Shown: piece after piece, positions 34,590 through 43,350 of the stretch
Numbering within the stretch: position 1 is the first letter of the stretch
Layout of the letters: every line of letters starts with the position of its first letter
Source of the DNA: Octopus sinensis
Taxonomy: Eukaryota
Assembly: GCF_006345805.1 (NCBI RefSeq)
Contig: NW_021834959.1
Location: 1-43,350, forward strand
Direction: 5' to 3'
DNA: 43,350 nt
The notes under the pieces: model-generated
The model's database searches: none
What the model saw: only the letters and a program-made list of their open reading frames with translations
What the model was told of the DNA's origin: nothing
Program-made: the position numbers and the translations under genes

Positions 34590-35000
34590 GTGCGCAATGA
34601 TGACGACTACGACGACGACGATGATGATGATGATGACGATGATGATGACGATGATGACGATGATGATGATGATGACGATGATGATGACGATGATGACGAT
34701 GATGATGATGATGATGACGATGATGATGATGACGATGATGACGATGATGATGATGATGACGATGATGACGATGATGATGACGATGATGACGATGATGATG
34801 ATGATGATGACGATGATGACGATGATGATGATGATGATGATGAAGAGGATGAAGATGATGATGATGATGAAGAGGATGATGGTGATGGTGCTGTTTTGTT
34901 GTTCGATGATGACGATGATGATGATGATGATGATGAAGAGGATGAAGATGATGATGATGATGAAGAGGATGATGGTGATGGTGCTGTTTTGTTGTTCGAG
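34590..35000. repeat. (GAT)n/(GAC) microsatellite with a 93-bp tandem duplication at its end
   Basis: gctgttttgttgttcga at 34890-34906 and 34983-34999. Confidence 0.92.
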
Positions 35001-35959
35001 GTGAAGGAGTATAAATGATGAGCATGAAGGCGATGACGACGACGATGATGACGACGACGACGGCGATGATGATGATGATGATGATGATGGTGATGACGAG
35101 AGGGATGAAGAAAAAAGGGGGACGAATCGGAGTTAACATACCCGTGGTCAAGGTGAAAAGTGACGTAAGCGACGGGATTCTTGTGCGGGGTGGTGGTGAT
35201 GGTGGTGGTGGTGGTTTCGGGTGGAAGTGAAGGTTGGTGGGTGGTGGTGGTGGTGGTTTTGGTAAATGCAGGGTGGGAAGGTGGGTGATTCGTGTCCAGT
35301 TCATTGTTTTCTTTGATGTTGTCGGCATTTGCGATATTTCCTGATATTCAGAGGTGGAGAGGCGTCGCTGCAGATGGTGGCGGTTACAAGCATCAGTCTG
35401 TATTTCCTGGTGGTGGTGGTGGTGGTGGTAGCGGTCTTAGTGGTGACCCTGGTGATGGTGCTGATCGTAGTGGTATGGTGGTGGTGGTGGTGGTGACGAG
35501 GGTCACGACATGGGTATTGGAATTGGTGTGAAACGTTAATTCTTCCATTAAGTTCGCCTCATCTAAGATTGAACGTTATTTTCAGTGGCCGCCATTTTTA
35601 ATACTTCAACGCATATCGCATTGCGCGCATTTATGTATGCGTGCATGCGTGTGTGTGTTGTGTGTGTGTGTGTGTGTGTTTGCGTGTAAGAGCGAGAGAG
35701 AGAGAGAGTATATGTGTGTAGATGTGTGTGTATGTGTGTGTGCGGGCGCGTGTGTGTCGGTAATCTGTAATGATGTAATGTGATATTATATAATATAATA
35801 TATTATAAAGTGGGTATTGACCGCCATTGCAATCTTGGCGTTGTTATTTGTTCGATGATATTCCTGGCCCCACCCCACCCGCCCTCCTCCCACAATTTTA
35901 TCATTGCTCGAATCTTGTTATGCGCCATGTTCAATGTGGTCTCCGTGTGCATGTGCGCG

Positions 35960-36038
35960 CGCGTGTGTATATATAGGTATGAATGTATGTACATGTCTGT
36001 GTATATATATATACCTCCCTATATATATATATATAAAA

Positions 36039-36075
<37 letters not shown>

Positions 36076-36231
36076 GTACGCATGTATTTATATATTCGCG
36101 TATATACAGATACATTATATAGAGATATCTATATACACATATGTATATATATATGTATATGTATATATATATATTTTGTGTGTATGTATATATATATACA
36201 TAAATTATATATCTATCTATCTATATATATA

Positions 36232-36264
<33 letters not shown>

Positions 36265-36373
36265 CTTCTATATACTTATATATATATACATATATATGCA
36301 TATATATATATACATATATATATATTATACATATATATGCATATATATATACATATATATATATATATATGCA

Positions 36374-36410
<37 letters not shown>

Positions 36411-36462
36411 GTATATATATATGTATATATATATATGTATATATATATGTATTATATATATG

Positions 36463-36495
<33 letters not shown>

Positions 36496-36900
36496 GTATA
36501 TATATATATGCATATATATATATATATATGCATATATATATATATGCATATATATATAATATATATTATGTATATATATATATATGCATATATATATATA
36601 TGTAATATAATATATGCATATATATATATATATATGTCTATATATTATATGCATATATATATATATATATACGTATATATATATATATGCATATATATAT
36701 ATATATATGCATATATATATATATATATGTATATTATATATATATGCTATATATATATATATATATGCATATATATATATAGATATATGCATATATATAT
36801 ATATATATATGCATATATATATATATGCATATATATGTATATATATATATGCATATATATGTATATATATATTGCATATATGTATATATATATATTGCTG
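35960..36900. repeat. Very long interrupted (TA)n tract
   Basis: Direct inspection. Confidence 0.95.
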
Positions 36901-38659
36901 TATGCAAGCTTGTGTATATGCATTCTCATATTCGTAAAATATACTCTCCTCATATACGAGTGTGTGTTCGTGTGTGTGTGCATGTACTTATGTATTTATA
37001 TATGTATGAATGTATGTTTCCTATATTGCCCGTCATTCACGTGTACAAAACGTCATAGCCAACAACGAAGCCGTAGACAATGGAACATTCTTTACACTAT
37101 ACCCATCCATTCGGTCCCTGAACATTCAGCAGAATGGGAAATTAGGGCAATAATAGGGGATATTCCTCTTGATATTGTAAATGACAATTAGAGAGAAAGA
37201 AAGAGAGAGAGAGAGTGAGAGTGAGATGAAATGAAAGAGCATCAGAGAGAGAAAAAGAGAGAGAGACAGAGAAAAGAATAAGAGAAAGATAGGGAGAAAT
37301 AATAAAAGAAAAGAGAGACAAAGGGTAGAATTTTTATCCGTTTTCATCTATTTTCTTTGCTATCCTATGAACCAGACATCTACCCGAACACCACCCTCTT
37401 TCTACCCTGTCTTTTGAGCAGCATCTCTTTCATCACTCTTCCTGACCACCCCAGCTTGTGATCAGGATGACTAGCCTCACCATCCATACTTGGCCATCGG
37501 TAAGTATTGACCATCATCAACTAACCAATACAGTCGGGACCCCATCATTAATTCCTTCACTACTGAACCCCCCGCCACTCCACTGCACCTTCCATTGATC
37601 AATATCTTCAAAACCACTACTACCCGTTAAACACCTCCACCAGCTTACAACCACTCAGCTGCCACCTTCTCTTCACCACCATACCACCACCACCACCACC
37701 ATTACCACACCCACCACTCGGCCATCACCTTCAGAACGCCAACACTAAATTAATACCACTCACTCAGCACCTTCTCACGGTGACCATCACCACTCGTCAC
37801 CTTATGAGGACCACAACCACATTCTGGAATTGTACCCCCGCCTCCCCCACCAAACCAACTCTACCACCGCCCGATTTTCTCCATCTTTAGATGACCACAT
37901 CATCACCGCCACCATACCACCACCGCCACCACCACCACTACCACCGCCACCGCCATCACAACCACCACCACCGCCACCACTATCATCATCCTTCAATCCC
38001 ACCGCCCGCCACAACCTCACAACGACACTCCATAATACCACACATTCACCACAACACATCCCCGTCAAATACCACCACCACTCCACCGCCGCCACCACCT
38101 CCCTTCCACCATAACTCTCTACTCTACCACCACCACCAACGCCACCACCACCGACCAGAATCACCACCACCAAGGATTTCTGACCACTCACATCATCTCT
38201 TCATCTTTTCACCTCTCACCTTTACTCCACCTCACACTGCTCCCCACCAACAAAACACAGGCAATTGTCCACCTCGGAAACGTTAACCTTCATCGCTCTT
38301 CTTCTTCTTCTTCTTCTCTTCTTCCTCTCTTCTTCCTCCCTTCTTCTTTTTCTCCTTCACATTAGTCTCAGTCTGCTTGTGCTACGGTTTTATTAGACTA
38401 AAGGGAGAAAAACAACTGGGGTAACCACCCCCCTTACTTGGGGAAATCAACTTAATATATAACCACAACAACACAAACAACGAGAGGCTTTTTCTGAGCA
38501 AAAACCAAATTGTGCACCATTTTTATACATGAAAATATCTCTTTGTCACGTAACAACCGACATCTTTGCCATTTTTTCTTTGTTTTTTGTTTGCTTTTGC
38601 TTTTTTTGCATTGTTGCTGTACTTTTAGTCATTGCTCATTTTTGCTTATTTCTTTATCG

Positions 38660-38936
38660 TCATTATTATTATTATTATAATAATTATTATTATTATTATA
38701 ATAATTATTATTATTATTATTATTATTATATTATTATTATTATTATTATTATAATTATTATTATTATTATATTATTATTATTATTATTATTATTGTCATT
38801 ATTATATTATTATAATTATTATTATTATTATCATTATATTATAATTATTATTATTATTATCATCATTATTATTATTATATTATTATTATTATTATTATTG
38901 TCATTATTATTATTATTATCATTATTATTATTATTA

Positions 38937-38974
<38 letters not shown>

Positions 38975-39166
38975 GTCATTATTATATTATTATCATTATT
39001 ATTATTATATCATTATTATTTTATTATTATTATATTATTATTTTATTATTATTATTACTATTATTATTATTATTATTATTACTATTACTATTATTATTTT
39101 TTATTATTATTATTTTTATTATTATTAATATTATTATTATTTTTATTATTATTATTTTTATTATTA

Positions 39167-39203
<37 letters not shown>
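38660..39203. repeat. Long (ATT)n microsatellite
   Basis: Direct inspection. Confidence 0.95.
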
Positions 39204-39793
39204 GGTTGTTGTTGTTTATGTTGTTTTTCTTCTTATTGTTATTCTTTTGGGGTAGCGTTGTTCTTGTTTTCTCTTTCTTTTTCTGTTTTCTGCGCCTAGT
39301 TTTTTATTTTTTTTTTCGTTTTATATACGCTGTTTTTTTTATATTTTTGTTGTTCATATTTACAGTCGTCGCTGTTTTTGATGCTTTTCTTGTCACCCTT
39401 TAGTTTTCTCTGTTGTCTTTTATTGTTGTTATTTGTTATTTCAATCTTTTTATTATTCAGCCTCATATTTGTTTTACTTGTGGGTTCTTCCTTTTTTATT
39501 ATTTTTTTTTAGTTTTTTGATTTCATGATGTTGTCGGTCTTCTTGTACTTTAGGTGTCCATTCTTCATTTCTCTTAACTTTCAAATCCGACTGCCGTCAC
39601 CCAGAGTGGTAACGGCATTAGCAGCAAGCGAACCACCCCCTGCTAGCACCAACACCACCCAGTACCACCAATACCACCACCACCACCACCACCGACACTT
39701 TGATAACCAGTAAAAACTGACCAGCTCCACCTGACCACCGCCAGGCCAGCCTTGATTTATTACAACACATAACAGATACCCGGTACTAGTACC

Positions 39794-40019
39794 TATTCCT
39801 TTACTACCCACAAGGGGCTAAACACAGAGGGGACAAATAAGGACAGACAAACGGATTAAGTCGATTACATCGACCCCAGTGCGTACCTGGTACTTAATTT
39901 ATCGACCTCGAAAGGATGAAAAGCAAAGTCGACCTCGGCGGAATTTGAACTCGGAACGTAACGACAGACGAAATACGGCTACGCATTTCGCCCGGCGTGC
40001 TAACGTTTCTGCCAGGTCA
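39794..40019 (-). mobile_element. Family A1 SINE
   Basis: Reverse complement of 40381-40612, with slight 5' truncation. Confidence 0.92.
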
Positions 40020-40380
40020 ATATAACAAAAGCAAAGTTTGAAGGAAATATTAGCCATTTTTCATACCTTCTAGAGATAAACAATTAGGAAATAACAGTTA
40101 CTACGCAAGGAAAATAATCGTGTTACACAGTGAAATCAGTTTCAAAGTAGCTTGAAGTTCATTGACAGGACGTACTCTAGAGACATCTTGGATAAGTCGA
40201 ACTCTGGATTGCTTTCGTTGTTTTTATTTTTTTATACAGTAGAAAGCATCTTGAAATAGGATTGACTTCTAAACATTCACAATGTTCCTGATAAGAAGGC
40301 CAGGGCCGTCATGAGCAAAGTTTCCTATACCGAGGTGAAGAAATTCACGATATCAAATTTATCACGATATCAAATTTATG

Positions 40381-40612
40381 AAGGCGGCGAGCTGGCAGAA
40401 ACGTTAGCACGCCGGGCGAAATGCTTAGCGGTATTTTGTCCGCGTCACGTTGTGAGTTCAAATTCCGCCGAGGTCGACTTTGCCTTTCATCCTTTCGGGG
40501 TCGATAAATTAAGTACCAGTTACGAACTGGGGTTGATGTAATCGACTTAATACCTATGTCTGTCCTTGTTTGTCCCCTCTGTGTTTAGCCCCTTGTGGGT
40601 AGTAAAGAAATA
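40381..40612 (+). mobile_element. Family A1 SINE, full length, 13-bp TSD
   Basis: gatatcaaattta at 40366-40378 and 40613-40625; the left flank also has cacgatatcaaatttat x2. Confidence 0.92.
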
Positions 40613-41072
40613 GATATCAAATTTAGCGAACTTGGACGCTGTCTTGTTCTCGACAGTGCGGAACTAGAATCCCACTATAGCCTTTCTGACATGAGAGCCG
40701 ATGGAATCGAATATACACTTACTTACAATGCCTAAGTCGCTCTTACAGGATTTGATTAGATTACATCTAACATTGGAAAAGATATGGGGCTGTGGTTGTT
40801 ATTTGTGATATAGAAGGACATGGAGAGACAGTTCTTACGATCTTCTATTTTTTTTTGAGAGGGTGGATAACTCCTTAGCTCTGATTTGATATAAGGTTGA
40901 TTTTCTTGAATATTTTGCTGATGTCGTATCTACGAATTCATTTGTGTGTAGAAGTGTTTGATGTGTGATTTTTTTTTTGATTATTTTATATTTTGTTACT
41001 GAATTTTTGTGCTTCAGGGATTATTTATGGGTTTGCATGTATCTGTTTAAAGAGTTTAGGAAGAGGTTAAAA

Positions 41073-41852
41073 CAGTGGTTCTCAACCACTTTTCATCAAT
41101 GGACCCCTTTGATTACTATCTTATTCAGGTGGAACCCCATAGCCATTCAATGTTTAAAAACTATTTTATAGAAAATTCTTCCAAAATTCCTATGTTGTTT
41201 TTCCCACATTAACTTGTGTATGTTGAACTATGTAAAATGTTAAGGAAAAAACACCTAGCAGTTTCTTGAAATACATACCAATTCATACATCTAAAACAAA
41301 TTTTGGGGGATCTTTTCGGTTTGACCGGCAGTTTTTTCTAGCGGTGTCATATGAAATTGTCACCCATAATTATGACCCTAGTATCGATCTATTGCATTTC
41401 AATCTGTTTTAGGGTTAGTTAGGGTTAGGGTTAGGGGTGGGGGAAGGGTGTCTTTTTTCTTCCCAAATGTAAATAAACCCAATCTGTTTCTTAAACGAGA
41501 GACATATTCATACGGCACAGAATGATTTTTACCTCAATAGACGTCATTGATTGGTTGAAATTGCAGAAATTGAAGAAAAAAAACAACAAATATCTTACAA
41601 ACTATAGAATTTTCTAAATAAAACCAAGAGAAAAAGATGTTTTATAAACACATTCTACCAGTATACGAAGTTTAAATTTTTTTAGTTACCTAGAAATTAT
41701 GTTAAAAACTGCCGTTCAAACCGAAAAGGTCCATTTTTTTCAGAAGCACTTCAAAAACTATTATGGATCCGCAGTTTACTATTTTGTAGCGTGAGCCCCA
41801 AAAGTTTAAATGGACCCCCAGGGTCCTCATGGATCCCGGTTGAGAATCCCAG
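41073..41852. mobile_element. hAT (Charlie-like) MITE, interrupted
   Basis: cagtggttctcaacc ... ggttgagaatcccag (12/15 TIR); flanks gttaaaac / gttagaac resemble an 8-bp TSD. Confidence 0.65.
41308..41732. mobile_element. TIR element nested in the hAT MITE, with internal TTAGGG repeats
   Basis: 29-bp TIRs 41308-41336 and 41704-41732 (27/29); TTAGGG x4 at 41409-41436; no TSD seen. Confidence 0.8.
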
Positions 41853-41876
41853 TTAGAACAATGCCGAAGTCTTTCA

Positions 41877-42113
41877 TTTTTTTTTTTTTTTTTTTTTGAG
41901 GTTTATTAAATCAGCTTCAAAATTCTCAAGGTCTTTTAGGCTAAAGATTGCATTTCCTTGATCTGAAGCATACTTTATATACAGATGTTCTGGTGGGCAA
42001 ATTTTTGCAGAAGTGGGCCTTCTAGCGCATGTTAAATGGAACTTCCTCGGTGGTTTTTCAATCTTTTCCATTGAATGTAGAAGCGGTTGTCTCTTCGTCT
42101 TTGCCTGTTTACC
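41877..42113 (-). other. Poly(A)-tailed segment with an open frame running into the tail
   Basis: Minus strand: ...FSLKDLENFEADLINL, AATAAA, 4 nt, A21. Confidence 0.3.
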
Positions 42114-42271
42114 CTCAGTTTATGATTAAAGCTCAGCAAAAAACAAGAGCAGCTGGACGAGTGCGTTGACAGAGAAAAGAAAGTAGCACTCAATACATTT
42201 AGTTTGAGTTATCTATTTACCGGGGGGGGGTCAGAGAGAGAGAGAGAGAGACAAGAGAGAGAGAGAGACAA

Positions 42272-42306
<35 letters not shown>

Positions 42307-42659
42307 TACAATCAAATAACAACACTCTTTCTGTTTCTCTTTCTCATATTATTTCTATTCTTTCTTCTCTTTTGTTTCTTTTTTTTTACGGATAATTCCC
42401 CTTTTGTAATTTTCTTTCATTTTTATTCCTTACCTCTATTCTGCTCTTTTTTGTTCTTTCTCCCTTCCTTCCTTCCTTCTTTCCATTTCTTTCTTTTTTC
42501 TTTCTTTCTTCATTCCTTTCTGCTTTTCTTTCGTCTCTCTTTGCTTTCTTATTTGATTCTTCCTTTCCGAATTTCTCCTTTCATTCTTCCTTCCTTCCTT
42601 CCTTTATTCCATCCACCCAACCATCCTCTCATTTCTTTCTTCCTTTCTTCTTTTATATA

Positions 42660-42706
42660 TTTATTCATCTATCCATCTATCCATCCATCCATCCATCCAT
42701 CCATCC

Positions 42707-42762
<56 letters not shown>

Positions 42763-42864
42763 CGCTCTCATCCTCTCTCTCTCTATCTCTCTATCTATCT
42801 ATCTATCTATCTATCCATCTATCTATCTATCTATCTATCTATCTATTTTATCTATCTATCTATT

Positions 42865-42908
<44 letters not shown>

Positions 42909-42909
42909 T

Positions 42910-42945
<36 letters not shown>
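42660..42945. repeat. (TCCA)n/(TCTA)n tetranucleotide microsatellite
   Basis: Direct inspection. Confidence 0.95.
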
Positions 42946-42947
<2 letters not shown>

Positions 42948-43350
42948 GTCAATGTATATAGATGTGTCTCTACTCCAGCAGTCCGAATCCTTTATGCCAC
43001 TAAACACACAAACCCCCTGCTGTCGTATCTATAATATTTATATATCATTTTGTAGTTGTATTAATATTTTTATCAATGAACGCGTTTCTTTCTTCTCTTT
43101 TTTTATTCGTTTATTTATTACAGTATTTTTTTCTTCCTTTCTGTACAACCCTTTTACAATGTGCTTTATGGCTTCAAAGGTTACATTAAGTCTGAATGGG
43201 AAACCTCTTTGCTTGGCTTATGTTTAGTGGTCAGGCTAGGGTCAGTATTTAAAGCCACATGAGTCTTTTATAAGTTCTATCTATTCGTGTTGACCACATG
43301 GCATATAAAATACTTTTATCATCAATATCGTCAATATTATTATTATCAAT

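Noticed and set aside
34581-35018. Poly-Asp acidic ORF (shell/matrix-protein-like)
   Set aside because: It is a (GAT)n expansion with a 93-bp duplication; no signal peptide or splice support.
1535-39128. Dozens of long ORFs rich in Y/I, H/T, C/V, poly-L, poly-I, poly-H or poly-D
   Set aside because: They are translations of (TA)n, (CA)n, (ATT)n, (CAC)n and (GAT)n microsatellites, which lack stops in some frames.
41409-41436. Telomere or chromosome-fusion scar
   Set aside because: Only four units, inside a TIR element.
1-43350. CRISPR array, rRNA or prokaryotic operon
   Set aside because: No regularly spaced repeat-spacer structure or rRNA similarity; the sequence is eukaryotic repeat-rich DNA.

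Overview
Eukaryotic, AT-rich, microsatellite-saturated, repeat-dense DNA with no intact protein-coding gene I can support. The SINE families and SSR load resemble a coleoid cephalopod (Octopus-like) genome; this is inference from recall, not a database hit. Almost all ORFs in the track are translations of simple repeats. Recognisable content: (i) four tRNA-headed SINE families (my labels A, B, C, F), many nested or chimeric; (ii) decayed coding relics of Tc1/mariner (three loci, one with an internal inversion, one with DD37D-type spacing split by an insert), RTE, CR1-like, R4/Dong and two Penelope-like (PLE) GIY-YIG endonucleases; (iii) a small Helitron, a hAT MITE and a nested TIR element carrying TTAGGG repeats. 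Best leads: a five-copy, 150-200 bp non-coding element (family D) carrying a minimal hammerhead-ribozyme fold with a recurrent CUGUNGA core variant and covarying stem I; a separate canonical-core hammerhead at 9461-9541; an (AAT)n-targeted tandem array of Dong fragments plus a fixed-length headless element (family E) that may be its non-autonomous partner; and a gap-free 42-bp hairpin. All alignments and folds were done by eye.
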